Below are positions 1 to 12,452 of a stretch of DNA of 64,000 bases, piece after piece. The first letter of the stretch is position 1. Every line of letters begins with the position of its first letter. Under the pieces are notes generated by a model that saw only the letters and a list, made by a program, of their open reading frames with translations, was not told the origin of the DNA and did not search any database. The DNA lies in the NCBI GenBank assembly GCA_905178155.1, contig CAJINV010000003.1, positions 5,277,700 to 5,341,699 of the forward strand. Direction: 5' to 3'. A program made the translations under genes and the position numbers. This DNA is from Amoebophrya sp. A120 (lineage: Eukaryota > Protista > Dinoflagellata).

Positions 1-141
1 GGTTTTCGTGTGAGGAAACCTAAATTTTAATTTTGAACATTACGCTGCCCTTGGGTACGAGCGAGCGGCTTTTCGCCGAGTACCGCCCAATTAGAAAGTA
101 AATTTCTGTTTGTTAATTTTCTATTTCAGGTTGATGGCCCC

Positions 142-729
142 GTGGAGCACAAGCATGCGTGTCGTTTGGGGCATCAGTTGCGCTGTATGGCGGGTGTTAC
201 GGTGAAGAAGAACCCGAGCTTTCTGACGTGCGACGAAATCCCCGGCGACAGCCAAGTGCAGGACCTCAAAACAGGAGCTTGGCGCACTTGGGAGGAGCAG
301 CAGAAGAAATACCCCACCTGGGAGTTTAAGTACAGCGAAAACGCTGCCGACGAGCTCCGCAACGTTCGCAAAATGCGCGAGTGCTGGAAGATTCACGGAA
401 AGCACATCTGTGCGGCCTTTGCGGATTCGGGCATGAAGTACAGCGATGTGAAGCCCCGAGATTTGCACATAGTTTTTGTGGTGGAGGACGAGCCGAAAAG
501 CTTGCAGCGTCTTTACGAGGAACTCGGTTCTGGCAGCATTCAGGAGCAGTACTGCAGTGTGGTCGTCAGCACTGCGCATTCCCAAAAGTTGATCGTTACA
601 GAGAGGCGGGTCGCCACTGTACTTGACCGAAAAGCCCAACGCGTGAAGCGAAACCCGGCGGACGAGCAAGAAGCGTTGACCGTTTCGGAGCTCGTGCAAC
701 GATCTGAGCAGTACTACTTAACTAAGTGA
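142..729 (+). CDS. hypothetical protein (start uncertain)
   Basis: 195-aa ORF with coding-like GC3, same strand as the neighbouring genes; no motif recognised. Confidence 0.35.
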   Translation: MEHKHACRLGHQLRCMAGVTVKKNPSFLTCDEIPGDSQVQDLKTGAWRTWEEQQKKYPTWEFKYSENAADELRNVRKMRECWKIHGKHICAAFADSGMKYSDVKPRDLHIVFVVEDEPKSLQRLYEELGSGSIQEQYCSVVVSTAHSQKLIVTERRVATVLDRKAQRVKRNPADEQEALTVSELVQRSEQYYLTK

Positions 730-810
730 TTCTATCGATCCCGCTTAATAATGATAAGATAATGATTTGGAATGTACAGCGACTGCGACAGCGTAGTTAT
801 GTCATGAATA

Positions 811-1530
811 TTGTTCACGTTCAGCAATTCAAGTAAGTACTTACGATGGGTACGTTTACCTTTTCGTGATAGGAGTGGCAATCTTTTTTGGTTTGGTACG
901 TTGTTTCGCCGCTGCTTTTCCACCGCGAAAAAACCCGAAAAAAAAACCAGCTCCTACTACCGTCAGAAGCTGTGGCTTCTTGGCATCGCATCGTGGCCGC
1001 AAGAGGCTCTGGAAGACTTGTTGCGGAAGGAAAAGACCAAAGTCATCAATTTCAATGAGGGTCAAGTCTACTCCCGTTTTAACGACGCATACGGAAAGTT
1101 TGCTAACCCTTACGGAATCCGGCGGGCGCAGGTGATCGACGGAATCACGGAAAACCCAGCGGAATACATGGCGAAGTCGCTTTGCGATTTCGACGAGCGA
1201 ACCTTGGCGCATCTTCCAGAAGAAATCGGCGCAGCGGGAGGATTAGAGGGACTTCAAAAGCAGCTTACCGAGTTTGGCCCGGACGTCATGAAAAGGATAA
1301 AACGAATCGAGAGGATCAATGAAATCAAGGGCACGCTAGATGAGAAGAAAGCTCGAAAAATACTCGAATTGGATGCGAGCGAGGCGCTTACAAAGGCCAG
1401 CCTCAAAGCCGCGCTTAAGAAAGTCCAAGTGGACATTCATCCGGACCGCGTGCCTTCGAGGTTGCGACCTGCCGCGAATAAAGCGTTTCAGACTGCGACG
1501 GCAGCGAAGGATTACTTGGATCCGAACTAA
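811..1530 (+). CDS. protein with C-terminal DnaJ-like (J) domain; 5' end uncertain
   Basis: C-terminus ARKILELD...LKAALKKVQVDIHPDR...ANKAFQ shows the J-domain helix pattern with the HPD motif. Confidence 0.65.
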   Translation: MFTFSNSSKYLRWVRLPFRDRSGNLFWFGTLFRRCFSTAKKPEKKTSSYYRQKLWLLGIASWPQEALEDLLRKEKTKVINFNEGQVYSRFNDAYGKFANPYGIRRAQVIDGITENPAEYMAKSLCDFDERTLAHLPEEIGAAGGLEGLQKQLTEFGPDVMKRIKRIERINEIKGTLDEKKARKILELDASEALTKASLKAALKKVQVDIHPDRVPSRLRPAANKAFQTATAAKDYLDPN

Positions 1531-2570
1531 ATTTCGCGCAACGGCACGGGTGCTACGATACAAGCTAGAGCTGACTGTGATTTGTGATTGTGAGAAGCGG
1601 AAAAAGTTTTTACATACTCTTATGCAAACGAAGTTTATGCAAACGAAGTTGTGCCATACCCATTCTTAACGCGCGCTCTTGAGAAGTACCTATTCCAAAG
1701 CTGCTGCCTTTACAGCGCAATCTGACACTGAATTTTTTTGAACTTGCTTGCAAAATGGTGGTTGTAGTGCTATCGTACATTTCTTGCTGACTGAGCTTAA
1801 TTACTTACTTTTTTCTGGTGCAGTGTAGTTGGTCCCGATGGTGAGCATAAATATCCATCAATTCAGATGAGAGGAGGTCTCGTGAAACCTGATGACACAG
1901 TGATAACGTTGTCTCCACAAATTTACTTGGAAAGAAGTAAAAGTTTCGGTGGAAGGAGACAAAACGACAGGTCCTGGAAACATCGACGTGCACTAACCAC
2001 AGCATCGGTGAAGACGTGGTCGATTTATCGGTCTCGCCGTGGTAATTCAAAAAGGAAGCCAGTCCCAATGAGGAATGTGGACAAGTTTCATCGGTGTGCA
2101 GCCCTCAATCTCCGTTCGTGCTCAAGTTTTCCACTTTGATCGTTATTCCGTCTTCGAAAAGGAAGAAAACAAAGACTACAACGACGAGTCACTCATACAC
2201 GCTCGGGATCGCAAGGAAAAGAAGTTTTGCGGCATCGCAATCGAAGTCAAACTATGAAGTCACTGGATCTGGAAACTGTATCTATGTGTATCCTATTCAT
2301 CGACATGATAAATAGAAATATCAATAGATTTGGATAGTTTTAAAATTGAAAGTTTGGTTGATGCCTCGTGCTTTTACTGTCACATTTGCAGAAGTCCGTT
2401 CGTGAGATCATGGGCTCCAAGCAGGCTTGAGTAGTGCTTTGTCAGGGTCTCGTACCACTTTTAGTGTTTACTAGCTGCATATTAGTGATGGTGCATTAGC
2501 AAATTTTTGATATCTATCAGTATTATCACCCATACCTTTGGTCTTTGTGCGATATTTCAAAAGATAAAAA

Positions 2571-4033
<1,463 letters not shown>

Positions 4034-4413
4034 TTGGAAGTGACACCGCGGTCATTGTTTTTTTATCTGCTGGCTCTTCTGTCATAGCATTGCAAACGCG
4101 CACCCGCACGGAATTGGCGCACCCGCACGGAATTGTTTACCGCAGAATCAACAGAAAAACAACAACAACAGAAAAACTCAACCCAGCAAAGGTAAAAAGG
4201 AGAAGGAGTCAATCCCTTCATGATGCGGAGGTGGACGTAGGTTCTGTTCGTGATCGTTTCTGGAATTGACGTAACCAGAATAAATGAATCAGGTCCCGAA
4301 ATAATGCGTATCGCGTCCGAGGCTGAAGAGAGTTCTTCTGTTTTTTCTTGACCTGGTTCGTGGCGAGTTGATTTTGGATTCCGAAGTATTTTCAAAAAAA
4401 GCAACCCATAATT

Positions 4414-6178
4414 ATGGCGACTTCGACGCGTAAATCCTTGCACTTTTTCGTGAAGAAGGTTCATCCGGATTTGAGCCAGACGTTGTATCAAATGCAAAAG
4501 TGTCTGGGTCTGGAAGAATGCAACTTGTAGTGCGTATTTCAGAACACAGAAAAGTCTCTTATGCATACGCAGCAAAAGCTGCCCACTTTCTGTCAGCAAA
4601 ATAGGGGACTTGTCATACGGATTCGGCATTGCGGAAGCTTCTCAAAACCTGTGATGCTAGAGCTTCCATGCCAGACCTTCTGCGTCATGCAAAAACAGCA
4701 TTACTCTTCCCGACCCAGACATTTTTACATTTGATACGTTACCTGCCCACGCAAAGCGGATCAACCAGCAGAGCCTGATGGTGTTGAACCAGTGGATTGA
4801 TCGGATCGACTGCAGTTCAGCCACCAATGCGGGTGGAGGATTGTCTGAAAGCAACAATGCGGGAGGGCGCGGTGGTGCGGACGGCGAGAATTCACTGCGC
4901 GCACCATTTGTGCAGACCACGCTGGCGTTTTTCCGTCCGGTGACGCGGCGCAGCACCGGCGAGGTTTTGCCGAACCGCGCTGCGCCCTTGTCGCTGGAGC
5001 TACCGTCGCTACCGCCGGGGAGACCGCCTTTCGCGCTGCGTGACCGTCTGGTCTCTGACTTGCTACACCAAGCCGAGACCGCCTTGGAAACAAGCTCGCT
5101 AGCCGCGCGGTTCCGCGGAAACATTGATCCTGCAACGTGGCCGCAATTCGCGCACCCCGCACTGGGGCTATTCCGCCGCCCAGGAAACAATCAGAGTTCT
5201 GCTCATACGAGCACACATGAGCACGAAAGCGGCAGATCAGAACACCCCGGAGTAAGTAGAGACGGGTCCACGACAGCTGCCTCGAATCCAGGATGCGACT
5301 TCAGCACGGGGTCGCCGCAGCAGCAGCGCTTCGAGAAGTTCAGCGATCTGTGGCACTCGCAGACGCACGAGACGATGTTTAAGGATAGTCTGTACGATGA
5401 TCCGGCTGCGACGCGGCGCTGGGCTGCCATGGAATCGTTTCGTCGCAAGTATCGCGCGCAGTACTTGCGCAAGGCGTTGAAGACCAAAACCAAGCAGGCA
5501 CGGCGGAAGCGGCTGGAAGCAGTCTCCGCCCACGTCGAGGCCAGGGTGCGCGAAAAGTTTGGCACCGCGTACTCAGAAAAAGAAGTACACGAAGAAGGTG
5601 GAAATACAGGTGCAGGCGAGGCATGCAGCCCGAAGGAGGGAGCTGAAAGCGAATCGGTAGCGGGAGTTGGAGTAGACACCAGTAGAATGCGGGTCCGGAT
5701 GATTGAGGACGGCTACCACCCGGATCTGGTATTCATGGAGCCGGGACTGACGGCCTCGCAGCGCCAGGAGGGCATGCGGCGGTGCTGTGGCATGCATCTG
5801 TCAACACCGCCACAGGGTGCTGGCATGCTTAGCGGTCAAGGTCTCAGCGAGGATGTTGATGACAGTTTTGGCAAAAGTTGCAACGCAGAGTTTTGGCTGC
5901 TACGAAATTTGCTGACCGCCATGCGTGCGGACCCGGGTGCCCGCATTCCCTTGGTTTTGTGTGCAAACGAAGAGGATTATCGGGCCGAGCGCGGCTGCGT
6001 CTTCGTGCCCTGGAATTTCGAAGTTGCCGGACTGTGCACTCTGCTCGAGGAGGAACTTGATGTGCTCCGCAGCGATATTTCCCGACGCCTGCAAAGAACA
6101 TCGGCATCTCGAACCCATCCTGAACGAAGTAACAGAAACAATATGTGTACGGTAGCAGCAGGAGGGGCAATCGCATGA
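4414..6178 (+). CDS. TCAIM-like (DUF4460/DUF4461) protein, interrupted by one introner
   Basis: After removing the element plus one TSD: MATSTRKSLHFFVKKVHPDLSQTLPAHAKRINQQSLMVLNQWID, resembling the DUF4460 VHPD...N..SL..L motif; C-terminal GCVFVPWNF. Confidence 0.6.
4486..4736 (+). mobile_element. introner family A (non-canonical intron)
   Basis: TIR tatcaaatgcaaaagtgtctgggtctggaag / cttcccgacccagacatttttacatttgata; TSD cgttg/cgtta; removal restores the frame. Confidence 0.9.
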
Positions 6179-6818
6179 GGAAGATGCGGCGTTTACGATC
6201 GAAATAGAACAGCAAGAAGGCAACGTAGGCATTTCTTGTAGTGATGTTCAGTGGGGAGTAGGATGCGCACCTGCTGCCACCGCCTCTTCAGAGCCGGCAC
6301 GGGGCAAATTAGACTGTTCACGAACCACGTAAGATTAATTCAGTATCGATGAGACGAAGAGCACGAGGATACCCTGGCACTAACCAGCTGCGCTTGCGAA
6401 ATGCAGCTGGAATTGGTCTGAGAGAGAGTCGAGGGTTGGGGTGTTTATCTCCGATCCACGTTGACAGGGGAATGTCGCGTAAGTAATGCTACCGCTCTTA
6501 TGAGCGATTGCAGTGCCGGACCCGGAGCATTGATATTGTGGCTCTCTGTAGTAGTTGCGCTCCTGAACAACTATACTGGCTGCGCGACAAATAATTCTAC
6601 TTGCTCTCGAAACGGCGTACAGTTGTTTGAGTTTTGCGAGCACACTTCATCAAAGCTCGATCTAGGACGAAGTAAAGGCCGACTGTGCCGTCAGTTTTGA
6701 CTCATGCTGGGGGCTGTGGCGCGGCGAGCCGGCGGTCGCGTCGCGTCGCGGCGCTCCAACAATTGGCGGGAGAAAACTCGACCGAAAACCGGGAAAACAC
6801 AAAAAAAAGAAGCAAAAT

Positions 6819-6931
6819 GCGAAAAAAAGCTGCAAAAAACGCGAAAAAAAGCCGCAAAACGCGAAAAAAAGCTATGAAACGCGAAAAAGAGCTGCAAAAC
6901 GCGAAAAAAGGTTGCAAAGCGCGAAAAAAAG
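6819..6931. repeat. ~20-bp A-tract tandem repeat
   Basis: About 5-6 imperfect copies of gcgaaaaaaagctgcaaaac. Confidence 0.8.
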
Positions 6932-7022
6932 GCTTTCTCTAAGCAGTTGCGACGGGGCCGCTTTTGTTTCCCTCCCGCGAAGGAACCGGCCCGGAAGCCT
7001 TTCCAATTTCCCCAATCAAACA

Positions 7023-7363
7023 AGAGGGAAAGCTGCAAAAGTTTCAGCTCCCGTTCGTGGGAGAAGGAAGCAGCTGGCTGCGACCGTAGTGCCGCCGTGT
7101 AACCGGCGCCGCGCGACGGCAGTAGGTTGGCAGCCAGTTTGTTCTCTTTCCCACGGGCGGGCGCTGGAGCGCTATTTTGCAACTTTTCCAAAAGGAAGAG
7201 GAAAAGTCGCAACAGTTCCAGCTCCCGTGCACGGGGGAAAGAGCAAAATGGCTGCGACCGTGGTGCCAATGTGTGAGTAAGCGCTGCCACACGACTGCAC
7301 TACGTGGGCAGCCATTTTGCTCTTTCTGACGCAGAGGGGGCTGGGGATTTTGCAAATTTTCCT
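7023..7363. repeat. two tandem ~170-bp imperfect hairpin units
   Basis: Units at about 7023-7190 and 7198-7363 are similar to each other and each is self-complementary (e.g. gaaagagcaaaatggctgc 7237-7255 / gcagccattttgctctttc 7308-7326). Confidence 0.75.
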
Positions 7364-8523
7364 AAAGCAAGAGTAGCAAACGGCCCAGCTCTTCTCTAGT
7401 GCAAACGCCGCGCAAAGAATCTCATCGCGCGGCGCCTCTTTTCGTTCTTTGCCCCGCTATGTCGCTGATTCGTAGGCGCGATTTTGCGCTGAGCCGTTGT
7501 CGCGAAGTGCATTCGTGTTGGGTCTAGTCTAAGCTGGTTGGCATGCTGGAAAGAAGACCGATGGAAACTTGCAGAACGCATCAAAATGCCATCGGTCTAC
7601 GTATGGCAAGCCAAAATAATCAGAACAGAATCCAGATACCAATCGGCTTTTGAAGCGAAACACGACGGGAGTACATTTAGGAATCACTTCGGCCAAATAG
7701 TCCTTTATTGAGAAAGTCCACTAGTAAGTTTTCACTCATGCTGGGGGCTGTGGCGCGGCGAGCCGGCGGTCGCGTCGCGGCGACTCCGCGGAGGCGCCGC
7801 GGTCTTTTTCAACAAGCCTCGCCCGGCGGTCTTTTTCGACAAGTTGGGGCCGCCAGGTTGTGGAGAGCGCTCGTCTTTTGTTTTTTCGCAGCTACCGCTG
7901 CCAGGAAACCGGCTCGCACCCAACCGCGCGCACAGCTGCGCGCCCAACAATAGCCAGGAAACATCGCCCGAGCCAAAGAAACCAATCCAGACAAAGCGCG
8001 CGCGCTTGCTCGCGGCAATCATCTAGAGGCGTTTTCTGCAACTGCGGGCCGCCAAGTTGCAGACGCAGGCCTCTTGTCATTTTCCCGGGCGCGTCGTGCT
8101 CTCGCCCATGCCGGCCAACCCCCGCCATGACTCTGCGAACCCAGCAGGAGCCGCCAGAGTCTCTGTGAGGGTGGGGGCGCCGGCCTTGAGTACTTTCTGC
8201 AACAAAGCATACGCCGCGGCATTTTTTTTCAACTCGGAGCCGCCAAAGTACAGGGAAAAGCCTTCTTTGTTGTTCAAAAAAGCAGAATGCGGCGCAAAAG
8301 AGACAGCCGAGCTCGGGAATAGAGGGAGCGGGGTGATGGCGGCGCGCTGTTGGCGCGCCTCTTTCTCGTCGCCCTGAGTCTGCGCGCGCCTTGTTACGCG
8401 TCCCTTGTGCTTGCCCAAGGCGGTACGGTGCCGCGCGCAGCCGCAGTCAGTTCGTGCGCCCCCCTTCTTACCTTCTTCTCTCTCCGTTGTCCAGTTCGAT
8501 CACCTGCATACACAAAAACTCTC

Positions 8524-8666
8524 CTTTTCTCGTCAGTTCGAACCCCTCCAAGAAAAAGAAGCTTACTTTTCTCGTCAGTTCGAACCCCTCCAAGAAAAAG
8601 AAGCTTACTTTTCTCGTCAGTTCGAACCCCTCCAAGAAAAAGAAACTTACTTTCCCACTCAGTTCG
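8524..8666. repeat. 42-bp tandem repeat x3.4
   Basis: cttttctcgtcagttcgaacccctccaagaaaaagaagctta at 8524, 8566 and 8608, plus a partial copy at 8650. Confidence 0.9.
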
Positions 8667-8759
8667 TTCTCTCTTTATTCATCTTCTCTGTTTTCAGTTC
8701 GTTGTTCGTTTACTAAAGTTGTAAAACTCGAAAACTAGAACCACTATCACTTTTGACTC

Positions 8760-9348
8760 ATGCTGGGGGCTGTGGCGCGGCGAGCCGGCGGTCGCGTCGC
8801 GGCGACTCCGATTGCGCAGCAGCGGCGAACCTTTCTCAACTGTAGCAAGCCAAATATGAAGGTTTATGGCGATGAGCCTACCATCGTACCTGTTGCTGAC
8901 GGCTGGCGGGCTTATCGTGTAAGTAAATTTTTTATGAGCCTTTTGCACTGACGTCGCTGAGCATTCATGACAACTTTATGAATTCTTGGGCTTTCTTCAT
9001 TCCACCTGGACACTTCATCCGTCTGTTTCAGTTAGTAGAAGGTTCAGATATGTCAGCATCGGTACTACTTACCCCCATCCCGCCTGGACATGGATTCCAT
9101 GTTCAAATAATTAACGACAGGATAATACCGGTCAAGGGCCGACGTGGTGGTTGATTATGGCGCTCGGCACCTATTGCTTCATCGGGGGAACCGGAGGGAT
9201 GCACAAAAGCGTCTGGAGCAATCAGAAAGACCTGGGTCCCAACTGTACCGACGACTGGCAACGTACGCTTGGTGGCGTTACCAACCGGGACTCCGGAAGC
9301 TATGGACGGCGGTGGGTCGAAGTGCCCGACGAGAAAGGGCGCTTCTGA
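8760..9348 (+). CDS. small putative mitochondrial single-pass membrane protein (128 aa); exons 8760-8918, 9121-9348
   Basis: Arg-rich, acid-free N-terminus MLGAVARRAGGRVAATPIAQQRRTF (presequence-like); a gtaagt...acag intron joins the exons in frame; hydrophobic WWLIMALGTYCFIG. Confidence 0.6.
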
Positions 9349-9633
9349 AGAAAAAGTTCAAGCGCTCTTTATATCCGTTCCTCCTGAAAAGTCTCTCTTT
9401 AGCTGTACTGCAGGTGTAGTGTGGCATCGCATGTTGATGTCTCCATCTTCGTTAAGAAATAGGAAGCAAACAGGATATAATCATTTACTTCTGGCACTAC
9501 TCGATGAAGGTCACGATCGAAGTGACATTGATAGAAGCTAGGGCAATCCTTGTGCACTTCGTTTCGTGCTCCTCCTGCATGCCTGTCATGCCGACTCATC
9601 TTTGGCATTGGCTGGAGAAAAGCTTACGAGGAG

Positions 9634-9680
9634 GTGGAAATTTGAAAAACACTTAAATTAAGTGTTTTTCAAATTTCCAC
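9634..9680. repeat. perfect 47-bp palindrome (23-bp arms, 1-nt centre)
   Basis: gtggaaatttgaaaaacacttaa-a-ttaagtgtttttcaaatttccac. Confidence 0.9.
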
Positions 9681-10238
9681 ACGATAACGGCGAAGATGGA
9701 GAAGCAAGCGAATCGTGAGCCAGGTGTTTCCTCCCTCGGGAGCTGCTAGGGATACACTGTCGTGTTTGAGAAGTTTGTCAGGTCGTCTGCAATTTTCTGG
9801 TGGTGGATCGCATTTATTGTCTTCTGACTGGTTCTAATGTTACGCTTGCATTCACTCTGTGATCATATTGGGAATCTCAACCTCAGATTCGTTCCAGAAT
9901 AATTATGTCAGTCAAGCAACTAAAACCACGTACGTTGTTGAGCGAGCAGCTCGAGCCACAAGAACATCGTCCACAGGCTGGATGATTTATTGAAGATCCG
10001 AGGCCCAATGAATACGACCTCTGCGAGATCTTAATCTTTTTGAAAGATGCACAATCAAAATCGTGTGCCTTGTGAAATGCGAAGGGCAGTTCCTTTGGAA
10101 GTCTCGCTTCTCCTTCCCTCATTCCCGCCAGGCAATTGATGAAGTTTTAATCCGTGATTACTTAGTAATTTATTCGAGTAAAGTTTTTTCTTCTATTTGC
10201 TGCCCAGGTGGATTCACGTCCCGCACCAATCGATAATC

Positions 10239-11288
10239 ATGGCGACGCCTGGAGTTTCGCGGGCAACAGAAGCGACTTGCTCATCGGCCAATTTAGAACG
10301 TCCAGCTGCGGATGAGCTGATAAAGCTTTCCAAGCATGTGGGCGCCTTGAAGCGAACGCTGCGTACCGGATGGGTGCGCCGGAAAGTGGACGATCCCGAA
10401 AGCGTCGCGGAGCACTCCTACCGCATGGCCATGCTCGCCTTGCTTTACGGCCCCGGCGTGAAACGAAGCGAGGTGATGTTGTCCTCCACTGCAAGAACAT
10501 CTTCTGGTTGTTCGACGACAAGAACTACCGATGCGGCTGGTGGTGCGCGACTTGCAGTCAAGAAAGATATGTTTATTAGTGAAGGAGCATCTACGGCACC
10601 ACAACCACGAGGGGACGCGGAGGAGCAGTGCATTGACGTAATGCGTTGCTGCCGGATGGCGCTGGTCCATGACCTGGCGGAGGGCATCGTCGGGGACCTC
10701 GTGGTGGATGGGAGCGCGGAGTGCCGAGACAACATTTCGAAGGAGGCGAAGCAGCGCCTGGAAGAAAGTGCGATCAACGAAATTTTGCTCGGGACCAAGA
10801 GGAGATCTACTTCAGACGGGACGAGAAAGAGTCGGAGTCCATCGCCTGCAAGCGATAGCAAAAATATTAAACGGCGCAAGGAGATTCAGAAAATAAATAC
10901 CACCAACACAAAATCAGACGGAGGCACTGACGCTTCAGCAAGACCAGATGTAGTTGAATCGCGGCCAGAAGTGGACGAGCCAACAAGAACGAAGCCGGAT
11001 CTTTTGCAGGAGGTGCCAGCGTATTTGCGGCGACGCGAGATGTGTAGTGAGCTACTCTCGCTCTGGCACGAGTACGAAGCCCAGGAGACCGCCGAGGCAA
11101 GGTTCGTGAAAGACCTAGATCGCCTGGAAATGCTGCTTCAGGCCGACGACTATTTGGACGAAAAGCAGCAAAGTCCGCAATTAAACTTAGATGACTTCTA
11201 CGCGTCGACCAAGGGAAAGTTCAGATCCGATGTCGCGCAAGCAGTGGATGCTGCACTCAGAGACAAACATGCGCAACGGAAAGGCTAA
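10239..11288 (+). CDS. HDDC2: HD-domain 5'-deoxynucleotidase (HDDC2/YfbR-like) with low-complexity insertions
   Basis: LKRTLRTGWV...PESVAEHSYRMA, MALVHDLAEGIVGD, LWHEYEAQETAEARFVKDLDRLEMLLQA. Confidence 0.85.
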   Translation: MATPGVSRATEATCSSANLERPAADELIKLSKHVGALKRTLRTGWVRRKVDDPESVAEHSYRMAMLALLYGPGVKRSEVMLSSTARTSSGCSTTRTTDAAGGARLAVKKDMFISEGASTAPQPRGDAEEQCIDVMRCCRMALVHDLAEGIVGDLVVDGSAECRDNISKEAKQRLEESAINEILLGTKRRSTSDGTRKSRSPSPASDSKNIKRRKEIQKINTTNTKSDGGTDASARPDVVESRPEVDEPTRTKPDLLQEVPAYLRRREMCSELLSLWHEYEAQETAEARFVKDLDRLEMLLQADDYLDEKQQSPQLNLDDFYASTKGKFRSDVAQAVDAALRDKHAQRKG

Positions 11289-12452
11289 CGCTAACAAGGC
11301 TCACTATCTTTGTCGGCGGAGGCTCAATGCAATAGTGTCACTTCGGTGTCGTGCACTTCCATGCGCATGGCCGCTACATAATGAGAAGTTATTATTTCGT
11401 CCACCTCCAACCACACCCACACGGTAACGCTAATGACAACGAGAACGACCAGCGACTGCGACAATCTAAGTTTGTGAGCATATGCATATGCTCTTCTTCA
11501 CAAACAGCTGCTTCCTCTGAAAATTAAATGATACGCATCTATGAGCGTGCAGGAGGAACTTACTTGTAGAACTTGCGTTCATGTAGATGCTGATGGAGCC
11601 TGCTCGTAGGGATAGCTTCACTGTTCACTCTCGTCCGTATACCGTTTGTGATTCGTCCGTACGAAACCAATGTCTTTCATTCGTATCAATCGTTCATGTG
11701 GGGTTTCGTGAACTACATGTCAGCTGAAATTTCGTGCCTGATAAGTGGGGGTGGGTGTTTGCTAAGTTTATTCGCATGCGCATCTTCATCGTCATGACAG
11801 ACTTCCAAAAGATGAAAACGGTTGTTGATGTTTAGACTTTACAGTATCAGCTTTCCCTTGTTTCTCTCGTCACTGCAGAAAGAATCGGACCCCGATCGCA
11901 CACGTCTACTTAGTCTCAAGCACTATTTCATATATGGTTCTATGTCTATCTATCTGTAACTATCTCTAACCATATCTGTATTTTTTCCCACAACTTCGTT
12001 CTGAGGCGGACCCTGTATCGTGTTCTCTTTTCATCGAATGATTTTTTCTCGAAATCGTATGTAGGAAGCAAGCTAGGGTTACTAGTTGAAATTCGATAGC
12101 AGGAGCGTGGTCTAAAACGTCAACGTCTTTTGGTTGTCGAAAAGAAGACACAAGACGCGTAGAAAAGCTAGGCGTCGCAAGCGTAAAGCAGAATAAATTC
12201 GTCTGGAATTTCTTTGTCGTGGCGTCGTTGTAAGTAAAGTAAGTACTTGAGTCGGAGTCCTTCGTTGATGTCAGAGCTTTGATTCAAATTGTGAACTGCT
12301 GAATTGATGAGACCATTTCCATTTTTTTCCGTGGCGAGGAGTTGGTCCTGCCACCTCGAGCAGCAAGGAACCAACATCAGCGGGACAACTACTACATCTA
12401 CTACAACTGCAAGGGCTAGTGCCACGTCTAAATCAACATTAACCACAGCACG

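Larger units (their letters stand above)
6695..8810 (+). repeat. three dispersed ~50-60-bp direct repeats (starting 6695, 7729, 8751) about 1.03 kb apart
   Basis: ttttgactcATGCTGGGGGCTGTGGCGCGGCGAGCCGGCGGTCGCGTCGCG is near-identical in three places; the third copy is the start of the gene at 8760. Confidence 0.9.

Noticed and set aside
6685-7290. Lys/Arg-rich and Phe-rich ORFs
   Set aside because: Translations of the A-tract tandem repeat and hairpin units; no coding signature.
8524-8666. CRISPR-like appearance of the 42-bp repeats (also 37463-37619)
   Set aside because: Head-to-tail tandem units with no unique spacers and no cas genes; eukaryotic context.
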